From Craspedostauros australis (taxonomy: Eukaryota), in the NCBI GenBank assembly GCA_030167865.1, contig JALAGF010000535.1, forward strand, positions 1 to 43,307: 43,307 nucleotides of DNA, given 5' to 3'. Position numbers and translations under genes: made by a program. Each line of letters starts with the position of its first letter. The stretch's first letter is position 1. Of this stretch, positions 10,591 to 21,206 are shown in pieces. The notes beneath the pieces were generated by a model. That model saw only the letters and a list, made by a program, of their open reading frames with translations. It was not told the DNA's origin and ran no database searches.

Positions 10591-12502
10591 CTACGCAAAT
10601 TGCTTCGACGCGAACTTGCCCTCATCGAAGTAGGCTGCCGCCACCTTCCTCCCATCAAAGGTGCGACCGGCAAGGTTTTGGATGGCCTTGGCAGCATCAT
10701 CGGGGCTTTCGTATTCCAAAAAGATCTTCGTGGCACCTGGCTCGTTGGCCTTGGGAATGACGATGGATTTCAAGGTTCCGAACTGCCCGCACTCCGCTCT
10801 CGTGTCTTCCATGATCTCATTGTACTCGTTTTCGTCCTCCAGATCTTCACTTGTCAGCATGTTGTGGAGTTCGACGACGCGCGTCGTGACTGAGGATGAA
10901 GCAGCGGCTCCGACCTGGAGCTCTCCCGACATGTACTTTGCCAGAATGTCCTCCCAGTTGCCGTGCGTATCGGGCGTTCCGCTCCACTTGGATGGCCTTC
11001 CGATGCGCAGATAGGCTCCCATGCACGGGATGTTGTTGAGATTGAGTGCGTTGGCCGCCTCCTGAGGCGATCGCAGTTCGATGAACGCAAATTTGCCGGA
11101 AACTCGGCATGCGGCGATGGGGTTACCGGGCTTGGTATTGAGACCGACCTGTTCCATGGCGTTGCCCAGGAAATCAGTGAGAAATGCCTCAGTCATTGCG
11201 GGGGTGGTGTTGCCAACGAAGAGCTCGCGGTTGATCTTGTCCCTGTCTCCGCCACCGGTGCCGCCGCCACCACCACCACCACCACCAATGTCGTTGTTGT
11301 TAATGACGGGGACGCTCTGACCCGTGAGCTGCTGCCATGTCTGCGATGGAACGTGCGGACCAGCGTACTTGGATGGTCTGCTGACCTTGAGAATCGCACC
11401 CAGGAACGGAATGCCATTGAGGTTGAGCGCCTTGTTAGCCAGCTCGGCGGCCGACAGCTCGATGAAGGCGAACTTCGTGTTGACGCGGCAATTGAGGATG
11501 GGAGTTTCCGTTGGACCGCACAGGTTGGCGCGTCGCATGGCGCCGTTGAGAAACTGCAGCAGGAGCATCTCGCTGGTTCCCTGGGGCGTGTTTCCGACGA
11601 ACAGCTCTCTGTTGATCTTTTGCTGCGCCGCGTGCTGTGCTCCCATGATGACTCCACTCAGGGCCTGCGCAGGTGTTTATTTATTAGTTGTTGCGTTGAG
11701 AGAGAAGTATGTGAAGGGTTAGTATTGTTGATTCTGTGTCATGGGAGTGCGGCGATACTTGCGCTGAAGTAGCGTGGAGTATTGCAATCAGCATGACTCC
11801 GTCGGAAAGAATTGTTGGAGAAATTGGAGGAGTGATGCTGGCCCGCATTCCTCCATCAACGATCAATCCATTCCCAGACATCACGAGCAGGGGCGGGCTC
11901 GATTTGCGGTGTATTCCATGCTCCTTCGCCGATGTTCCTTGTCGAATTCTCTTCCCATTCTTGTCATCTCGTCCGCCCATCCATGGGCAGAGCGAATCTG
12001 TCGACGTTCAAAGCCACCCATCGTGACAGAAACGACGGTGAGGACCGCACTCCACTTGGTACCGCACACAGACAAAACAATTGTTGTTGGTGAAATGAAT
12101 GGGATGGATGAAGAGATGCACATTCGTTGGAATGCGTGGCATCATTCTCTGCAATTCTTTGCGAAGCGGCAGACGATCACCGATGATGCAAATGACAACC
12201 GGCAACCGCAGCAGCATCGGCACTTGATCCAACGCCAGAATCCAGTCCAATGCAATCCACCACTTCATGGCCAGGCAGAGCTCAACGCTTGTCGAATCAA
12301 GGCAACGCAAACGAAAGAGCAGCCAGTGAACATGCCAGATGGATGCATCAATTTGCGAACTCACCCCTGAGGCGCTGCCGAGGCCTGGAAAGCTTGGAAC
12401 TGGCACTCTGCCACCTGGATTTGGATTATAGTAGCCAGGGCTGGCAACCTGCATGCCTGCGTTTGGGACCATGTCCCGTTCTCTTTCACGATGCTGCGCC
12501 AT
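10591..12502 (-). CDS. U2AF large subunit (U2AF65)-like splicing factor, ~403 aa: two RRMs plus C-terminal UHM; exons 12502-12365 and 11664-10591
   Basis: Two RRMs with RELFVGN...KFAFIEL. UHM segment TRVVELHNM...EYNEIMEDTRAECGQFG...KIFLEY...LAGRTFDGRKV. GGG|GTGAGT donor and GCGCAG|GCC acceptor are in frame, with branch-like ACTAAC/ACTAAT near the 3' splice site. Exon 1 is less certain than exon 2. Confidence 0.85.
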
Positions 12503-13272
12503 ATTGTCTCTCTTGGATTGGAAATGTCTTGTGATGGGGTGGTCAGGTTGCGATTGCAGAAGAGGTGTCAGATGATGACTTTGTGGACTGATTGCTTTCA
12601 TTCTTTGTTTCTCTGTTGGTTGCCTCATGATCTCTTCCTTTTGCTTCGTTCAGACTGTTGTTGTTCTTTGTTGTGTGTTGTTGTTGTCGTTGTTGTTGTT
12701 GGTGATTCCCACAACCACCCATTTTCACGATTTTCGTGATTTGTTTCTTGCTGCTATTAATCGGATAAGTCATACGAAACCAGATGTGCTGACCCATCAG
12801 ACTACCTACGTTATTAAATGGAATTCAATACGTCTTGCCGGTGGAAGGCTATCCAGTCCGCTGATACGTGCGAAGGACTGTCTTTGTGTCTGTCACATTG
12901 ATTTTTGTCGTTTTTACCGTTAACGATCAAACATGCAAATGCGCAAACCGCAAACGATCAAGACGAAGAGCAACGACACCAACAAGAACAATGACGACAG
13001 CGACACCGACATCAAACACAAACGAAGGAACGTGGAGGAAGATGATGACATGACAGTCGCCAAACAGGAGATGTGCTCACCACTGACAACCAAACCTCCA
13101 ACACAACAACCACAACACCTCTCTTCGGACCAAATTACCATACGAGTACAAGTACTGGTGTCATCACTATCATCATCAATCGTCGACAGGAAATCACTCT
13201 GCGAGTAATTCTCTCCCCCACTCTACCCTCCTCAACACAGCCGCATACACACACACAGCAGCAGCACCAAAA

Positions 13273-13804
13273 ATGATGGATTCGGTGTCCCAGGAAATGC
13301 AGCTACTTGCTGTTGTCGCTGTAAGTCATCCTATCTCGTTCCTATCAAAAGTGTTGTTCATGGTGGTGATGTTGGTGCTTTCCATCTCAGGGATGGGGTG
13401 ATGTGCAAGAACGAGAACGAGGATTCAAATCGTTTCATCCTGCTATCTTCAACTTGTTCGTCTCGCCTGGTTTGAACGCCTCCTCCATTTCCACACTCAC
13501 TCACTCACTCAATCACTCAATCACTCAATCAATCAATCATTCAATCAATCAATCATTCAATCAATCATTCATGCTGTGCCATCACATGCCATCGCAGATC
13601 GGCCTGCTGGGATTCTTGGCCGTGCTGGCATTGTCCAAAGTATCGGCCCGCCCGATATCACAAGATGGAAAGAAAGTGACGATTCAAGAACCGAGCAGTC
13701 CCAGAATGCCATCGACGCCGATCGAGAAGAAAGTTGGAAGCGTCATGACACCGGTGGGTCGACGGTCGGCAAGGTTGGCAAAGAATCGACGAAAGGAAGA
13801 TTGA
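13273..13804 (+). CDS. 84-aa single-pass membrane or secreted microprotein; exons 13273-13320 and 13598-13804
   Basis: AAAATG start, consensus donor GCT|GTAAGT and acceptor CGCAG|ATC. Spliced product: MMDSVSQEMQLLAVVAIGLLGFLAVLALSKVSARPISQDGKKVTIQEPSSPRMPSTPIEKKVGSVMTPVGRRSARLAKNRRKED. The splice creates one continuous hydrophobic helix. Confidence 0.8.
13493..13570. repeat. Intronic (TCAC)n/(TCAA)n tetranucleotide microsatellite
   Basis: cactcactcactcactcaatcactcaatcactcaatcaatcaatcattcaatcaatcaatcattcaatcaatcattc. Confidence 0.9.
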
Positions 13805-14470
13805 GCGTGGCGTGATGTGATGCAACGCGAGACAAGAGACGCACGCAGATGATACGCATGCAGCGGTGGGGGTCTATGATGACTGTATATGTAATACTAT
13901 ATGCACTATGGTGGCATGGTACGTGTGCATGCTCGCACGTATTGATGCTTCTTTGGATGTTGGTGGAATCGTCGATTGATGTTGACGATCGATAAAACGA
14001 AAGAAGACGAATGATTGAATGAACAAATACGTTCAGACATGCAATCTTTCGGAGGATGGTACCATAAACACTCTGCTTCAATGTTGCGCATGGGTGGGGG
14101 TTATCAGGGCAATTGGTGGAGCAGACATTCGATGCATACATCATTGCATCCATCGATCAATCTGTAACCATTTTGCTGAGAGGACGATGTCACACAAGAC
14201 ATGCATGAAAGAACGCAAGACGACACATAATCTCAGCATGAATCGAACGAGACTACAGCGCACGTACTTCTACTTTTGAATTGCTACAATTAGACGTCGT
14301 CCAGCGCAGCAACCATTCATTCTCTTTTCCTATACATTGTCTCGCTTGTGTCATGTTGTGTTGAATACTATTTTATGATTCTGGGATAGTCGTGTTTACA
14401 GTACTTTAGGATGTGTGCTCGACATCCAACGGCGCAGGGTGTTTCACCACAACATGCCATACCAGCCAAT

Positions 14471-16215
14471 CTACAGATCGACCACACGCGCCAGCTTTTG
14501 GATTCTGTTGAGCAACATATCACCCTTCTGTATCATGTCTCTGTATTGCGCGTTCTTGAGATCGGGTCTGTTCGTGAGGACGGTGCCGCCGAACTTGTCG
14601 ATCTTCGCGGTCAGACGACCTGCCGCGATGAACTGGCTCGCATGATGGTCGATGAAATCCGGCGACACGCCGAATGCATCCGCCATCGCCTGCAGCGTGA
14701 CGCTCTGATACGAATCGAGGAACTGCTTGTAGGCGAGGATGTGCAATTCCCGCATCCAGTACGGTGCATGGAACTGGAGGTACGGATCCGCGTGGAGCAG
14801 CGGTTCGACTTCTACCATGGCGTGCAAATATCCCTTGTAGTCGCACTCGTAGATGGTTTTCACCAATTTGATCTGTCGTGTTCAAACAAAATTAGAGGAA
14901 GGTATGTAAGGTGTGAGAGAATGGAGTCGCGATGTGTGGATTATGTGTGCGTGTGTTGGCGAGTCATTGTAGTTGTCAATGTGCCAATGCGAAGAGTGAA
15001 AGCAAAGATCGGTTCTCGATAGTACATGACGTACACAAGCAGCAAACAACAAGCAACAACCCAAACAAGCAAAGGCACTTACAATGATGGGGATCTCTGT
15101 GGCAACCGAAAGAATCTCCGGCCCGTCCAGAATCTTCTCTTTGAGTTGCGGACGTGGCAAGTGAAGGAGGTTGGAGAGCATGGCGTAGACGATGAATTCT
15201 TCGTAGGAGCACATCTCGTTGCAGGAGAATGTGGCGATGCAATCAATGAGCAAGGACGAGGCTCCCTTGATGTCACGCGCCAGCAGCTTGGACAGCGCTC
15301 TGTAGACCTTGAGGCGATTCCGTCTGTCCCAGTCACCGCCCCCGCCTTCGGTTGCCAGCTTTTGCGCCTGCATGGATGTGGGCGCGGTGGGAGAAAGTGA
15401 GGAAGTAGTGTAAGGAGGTGAGCAAGAACGGGAAGATGAAGAAATGAGGTGAGATGTGTATGAACCATATGAGCGCATTGGTATCTGCAATTGCAACGCA
15501 GCGGACTCCATTCCCTCGCAACGCTGCACCAGTCGAGGACGCGAGTGGACACGAACATTGATGTGGCAGCATCATCAACAATATCAATCGCAATATCAGT
15601 AGCAGTCGCAATCACAATACACACCTGCTCGATGAAGTTGTCGCTCTTGATCGTGTCCCCGTAGAACGCCGCAACTCGCGATGATTCCATGAGAGCGTCG
15701 ATCTTCTTGCCGCTGGAGATCTTGGGCAGCTCCAGCAGGTCCTTGTAGGCCTCCAACGCCTTTTCCTTCGGCAAGGACTTGGCAGCAAAGCGAGCAATCT
15801 CGACGCGCGCATCCATGACTTCCATATCTCCCGCATTCTCCTTGGCTTCTTCGACCTTGTCGTAGAGGGTCTTGAGATGCTTCTCATGGTCCTGCTCCAT
15901 CTGCGTGAGCTGCTCCGCCGACAGCAAATCCGCGGCAGCACCCAGCAAGCCCTTGTGGAGTTGGAACAGCGATGGATTCTCCAGCTCCTTCGCGATGGTC
16001 TCGGCCACGGTCTTTTGCAGGTCCGCGACATCGACGATCTGGGCCTTGACGGTGAGCTGGTGGATCTTGCGGTGCAGGTCCATGTCGGGGTAAGGCGAAG
16101 CGCCCTCCTGCGACGCAGATGGCTGTCCTCCGCCCTTCTTGGCAGGCGCCTTCTTGGCGGTGGCGCCGCTGTCCTCCGTCTTCGGGGGTTCGGTCTTGTC
16201 GTCTGCGTTCGCCAT
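14471..16215 (-). CDS. RPN7: 26S proteasome lid subunit RPN7/PSMD6, ~425 aa; exons 16215-15625, 15367-15083, 14872-14471
   Basis: Signature GGDWDRRNRLKVY and IATFSCNEM. PCI domain with RELHILAYKQFLDSYQSVTLQAMADAFGVS, LTAKIDK, RPDLKNAQY and KGDMLLNRIQKL. Two phase-0 GT-AG introns. Confidence 0.96.
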
Positions 16216-17003
16216 TGTGTCGTTGCGTTTCCTTTCTTCTGCTAGAGTATCTGTTTCCGTCTGCTGTCGTCTGTATTGCGGATGGGTGTGGTCTCAATCG
16301 GATGAACTCTTTGGTTGTCGTTGATGATGATGATGATGCCAAGGGGCAAAGGTGTGGGTGCCTTCACGGTGACTTCTGCGGTTGCCGACTTCTGCCTTTG
16401 CTTCTGCTCTGTCCAGGTTTCTTTCGACGGCTACTCTGCCTCGTTGTTGTGTGTGGAGCAACGGCAGAACGAGAACGAAGCCAAAGGACGCCGTCGGAAG
16501 ATTTTGATTTCGATCTTGTGTGTGTCTGCGATCGGGTTGGTCATTCTCGACACTGATTGACTCTAGTCGATCAAGTCGAGAATAGATCACGCGCGCCAAA
16601 TCTCGCACATCCACCAAAGACGATGGTCTTGGCCAAAAACGGGCGACACAAACACAAGCACACAACACACAAGAGAAGAGATCAAACGCAAACGCAAACC
16701 AAAGCAAAGGATCAGGGCGTTGTCAGGCACTGAATCACGCTAATACAGAGCCCACCACAGAGCTCATCCGCACACAAGTCCATCGCACGCACCGGACAAC
16801 AAGCACCAAACGAGCAACACCAACGGAAGTTCAGCTCATCGCATCGTCTCTTTGCTTTCTCTCTTCCGCAGGCCCCGCTGTCTCTCATCTTCCAAACGTT
16901 GCAGCTCTCCGATTGAGCCAAATCTTTGGAGTGTTGGTGCATCGGTTTCTTGGTCACCGACTGAACGGCAACAGAAACACATACACTTGGACAAGGAAGC
17001 ACA
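16216..17003. promoter_or_regulatory. Divergent intergenic region (~790 bp) between RPN7 and SPT16, probable bidirectional promoter
   Basis: Head-to-head ATGs at 16215(-) and 17004(+). No specific element identified. Confidence 0.5.
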
Positions 17004-20000
17004 ATGTCGATCTCCATTGATGTGGACCGCTTCTTCGGACGCTTGGCGAAGCTGCACTCCAGCTTCAAGAGCAACAAGTGAGTGTTCCACTTGACTCTAC
17101 TCTTCTCTGCTTTACATGCGGCAATGTGCCCCAATGTGCGACAATGTGCGACAATGTGATGTGTTGTGTTGTGTTGCTGCCAAAAGTGCACGAAAATACC
17201 GCCGACAGGGCATTCAATGGATTCAATGGTGACCACATGACTCCGACCATCGCCAACTTTCTATTGCAACTCAATCAATCATTCTGCGCTCTTCGCGCGT
17301 CCACCATAACTCGTATCCACGCCTGCACAACCACAACAACAATAAACACAACAGAGCATTCTGGAGTGGCGCCAAGAGCCTGCTCATCCACAGAGGCGCG
17401 TTGAATGATGACGAACCGTACTTGCGCAGCGTCGTGTTTCAGCAGTGGGTCTTTGGCTACGAGCTGCCGGACACCGTCATGCTGCTCAAGGAGGACGGCC
17501 ACGTTTGGTTCCTGGCGACCAAGAAGAAGATCGAGTTCCTGCGACCCGCCGAGGGCAGCCACGGGGACTTCGAGGTGCATCTGCTGCTGCGCAACAAGGA
17601 GGACGGCAACGCGGAGAACTACCAGACGCTCCTGACGCAAGCCGGCGTGGGAGAAGGCGACGAGCCAGCGAAGGTGGGCGTCATCGCCAAGGAGAGGGCC
17701 GCGAACAAGACCATCGGGGGCATTCTGGGACCGTGGGAGGCCAAGCTGGATGAAGGCGCCGAGTCCAAGTCGCTCGAAGTCGTGGACATCGCACCTGGTC
17801 TCGCGGTCGTCATGGCGCCCAAGGAGTCGTCGGAATGGGACCTCATGAAGAAGTCATCCGTCCTCAGCAACAAGGTCATGAAGCACGGCTGCGTCAAACG
17901 GTTGGAGGAGATCATCGAGGAGGAGGCCACCATCACGCACGAGAAGCTCGCCACGGAGATCGAGGCGATCCTCGAAGATCCCTCCAAAATCAAGCTCAAT
18001 GTCCCGACCGACGACGTTCAAAGCTGCTACTTCCCCATCGTCCAATCCGGAGGTGTCTACGACCTGCGCGTCTCGGCGCAATCGTCGCAGGAAAATCTCA
18101 AGCACGATGTCATCACCGTCTCGCTCGGCGCGCGCTACAAGAACTACTGCACCAACATCGGCCGCACCTTCCTCGTCGATCCGCCGCAGAAGGTCTCGGC
18201 CATGTACGAGGCGCTCGTGGAGATGCAGGAGGCGTGCTTGGCCGTCATGCAGCCCGGACGCCCACTGAAGGTCGTCTACAAGGCGGCAGTCAAGTACCTG
18301 CGCAACAGCGGCAACGAAGACTTGGTGCCGAAGTTGCCAAAAACGCTCGGTTTCGCGCAGGGTCTGGACTTTCGGGACTCAACCTTGACGCTGAGTGCCA
18401 AGAACGGCGTGACCTTCAAGAAGGGCATGGTCTTTTGCCTTTCCGTTGGCTTTGCCAATCTGGAGTTGTCGTCCGGTGACAGGAGCAAGACTCCGGAGAA
18501 GAGTGCCGTAAGTTTGGATATCTGTCTGTATGCGTGTGTCCGTGTAGGCTGCTCCATGTTTTTACTTGATGGTGGGATGTTGGGTACCGCGACGAAGAAC
18601 GCAGCGGAATACTGATGATGCTCGCTAGGTGTTGTATTGTGTGTAACTAATACATACCGGTCTTGTTCCCACCAACCATCCCATCCTCACATTCCATGTT
18701 TGTACGCTGCTTCCTCCATTTGCTGCTCATCCAATTCTCCGTCTCCTTCCGTATACGTATCCGTATTCACGCTACATATGTGCAGGTGAAGAAGATCTCC
18801 AAGTACGGTATGCTGATTTGTGACATGGTGAGCATTTCGGACAAATCGCCGGAATTACTCACCAAGATGGGCAAAGGGTTGACAGACATCGCGTACAACA
18901 TCAACGACGACGACGAGGATGATGACGAGGATGCAGATGGCGATGACGACGACGATGAGGACGCTCAGCTCGCACGCAAGCTCTCCAGGGAACCGGCTTC
19001 AACAGGCGTGAGGCAGTCGGCGAGACTCGCAAGGGACAGCACAGCCAATGAGGCTGCCGCGGAGGGCGTGGCCGAACGTGAAAGACAGCAAATCAAGCTG
19101 CTGCGAAGACGAAACGAGGAGCGCCTTCGTGAGATCGCCAGAGAGAACCTGAAGAAGAGGGGCAAGGGACAGTCAGAGGAACAGGCAGAGGAGCTCACGA
19201 CTTATAAGAGCACCAGGGAGTATCCGCCCAACGTGCAGCCCAACCAAGTCAAGGTGGACATGGCAAGCCAGTGCGTCATCCTGCCAATATGCGGCAACCC
19301 GGTGCCGTTCCACATCAGCACCATCAAGAACGTCGTCTTGCCCGATCCCGACAACGCCACGTTGCTGCGCATCAATTTCTACACCGCTGGCATGGCGGTC
19401 GGTAAGGACGCGCCAGCCAACATGGCCAAATTGGTTCAAAAGTACGCACCGTACGCATCTTTCATCCGCGAGATGACGTTCCGCAGTCTAGATGGTCACA
19501 ACCTGGTCCAGGCCTTCCGACAGATCTCCGAATTGCGGAAGCGCGCCCGAACAAAGGAACTGCGAGAAATGGAGGAGGCCAACCTGGTCGTCCAGGAGAA
19601 GCTCGTGAGGACGAAGAACGAGCGTGTCCCGCGTTTGTCCGATCTCACCATGAGACCAGTGTTCGCGGGTCGCAAGACGCAGGGCAACCTCGAGTCGCAC
19701 ACCAACGGAATGCGCTTCATCTCCACCTCCCGAGAAGTTGTGGACATCATGTACGGCAACATCAAGTACGCCATCTTTCAACCGTGCATCAACGAGATCA
19801 TGGTGCTGCTGCACTTTCACTTGAAGAACCCCATCATGGTGGGCAAGAAGAAGCAGCGCGACATCCAGTTCTTCACCGAAGTCGTCGACGCATCGCAGGC
19901 CGTTGACAACGGCCGAAGGAGCATGTACGATCCCGACGAGATGGACGACGAGCAACGCGAAAGGCAGCTGCGCAAGCGACTGAACCAGGCGTTCAGCGAC

Positions 20001-20840
20001 TTCCGCAAGAAGGTGGAGGCTGTGGCGAGGAAGAACAATTACAACCTCGAGTTTGACATTCCGTACCGTGAGCTCGGCTTCACCGGAAATCCGCACAAGG
20101 AGATGGTGACCATCCTGCCTTCCCTCAACTGTCTCGTCAATCTCACAGAAACGCCATTCTTCGTCGTGGATTTGGAGGGCGTGGATCACGTGCACTTCGA
20201 GCGTGTGACGTACATGAGTAAGGCCTTCGATATGATCATCATCAACAAGGACTTCGCCAAGCAACCATGGAGAATCGACATGATCCCCAACGCCGACAAG
20301 GACGGCATTCAGGATTGGCTGACGGGCATGGACATCACGTACACCGAAGGTCCGATGAACTTGAACTGGAAGTCGATCATGGGCACAGTCAAGGACGATG
20401 ATCGCTTCTACATGACGACAGAGGAAGACGAGGTGACCGAGAAGGATGCCGGGTGGGAGTTTCTTCGCATGTACGGACGAGACGAGGATGGCGATGACGA
20501 CGATGATGAAGACGACTCCGAATTCGGCGAGCAGAGCGAAGATGAAGATGACGGCGAGGACGAGTCCGATGAAGAGGAAGCCTTCGATTCGGAGGAGGAT
20601 GAATCAGACTTCGACGCCGACGAAGAGCTGGAGGAGCAGGGCATGGACTGGGACGAGATGGAGAAGGAGGCCGCAATGGAGGACAAGCGCAAGCGCAGGA
20701 GAGACGACATCGACGAAGATCCTGCTCCCAGACGACGCGGTAGCTCGAACCGGCGAGACAGCTCCAACCGAGGTGGCAGCTCCAACCGGCGCGGCAGCGC
20801 AAACCGAGGTGGCAACAGCAACAAGCGATCACGTCGTTAA
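17004..20840 (+). CDS. SPT16: FACT complex subunit SPT16, ~1093 aa; exons 17004-17077, 17355-18507, 18786-20840
   Basis: N-terminus MSISIDVDRFFGRLAKL. Motifs QQWVFGYELPDT, YFPIVQSGG, SLGARYKNYCTNIGRT, VPFHISTIKN, GNLESHTNGMRF, HFHLKNPIMVGKKK, VHFERV and WKSIM, then an acidic tail with WDEMEKEA. Introns (phase 2, phase 0) keep the frame. Confidence 0.97.
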
Positions 20841-21206
20841 GGGATTTGGGAACGCGGAAGAGATTTCGCATCATACTGTATTTCTAGTACTACATGCTCC
20901 ACTGCACTGACTGTTGCACTCTATCGTATGCTGTGCACGTGCACGTTCTGTTTGTCTGCCATCGCAAGGTGCAGTGCGGTCGGAGAGCTGCAGAGTAGAA
21001 TAGTATTGTTGGCATGATTGAGTCTCTTGCATTTTCCCCTTTGCTCTCTTCTACCTGTGCATGCGTGTGTGAGCATGCGTGTGTGAGCATGCGAGTGGCA
21101 GGTACGGAGAAGCGCTATGCACCAGAGCCACTCATTGCACACACAACCACCCACAAGTTCCTCCACATACTCGGAGGCGGAGAGACTGACGCTGCCAAAC
21201 GTGTTG

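Noticed and set aside
10963-11772. 269-aa plus-strand ORF
   Set aside because: Antisense to the U2AF65-like exon 2.
19008-19034. RQSARLAR in SPT16, echoing the microprotein's RRSARL motif, suggesting a linked chromatin module
   Set aside because: It lies in a variable SPT16 linker, and gene neighbourhood is weak evidence of function in eukaryotes; no shared system is supportable.
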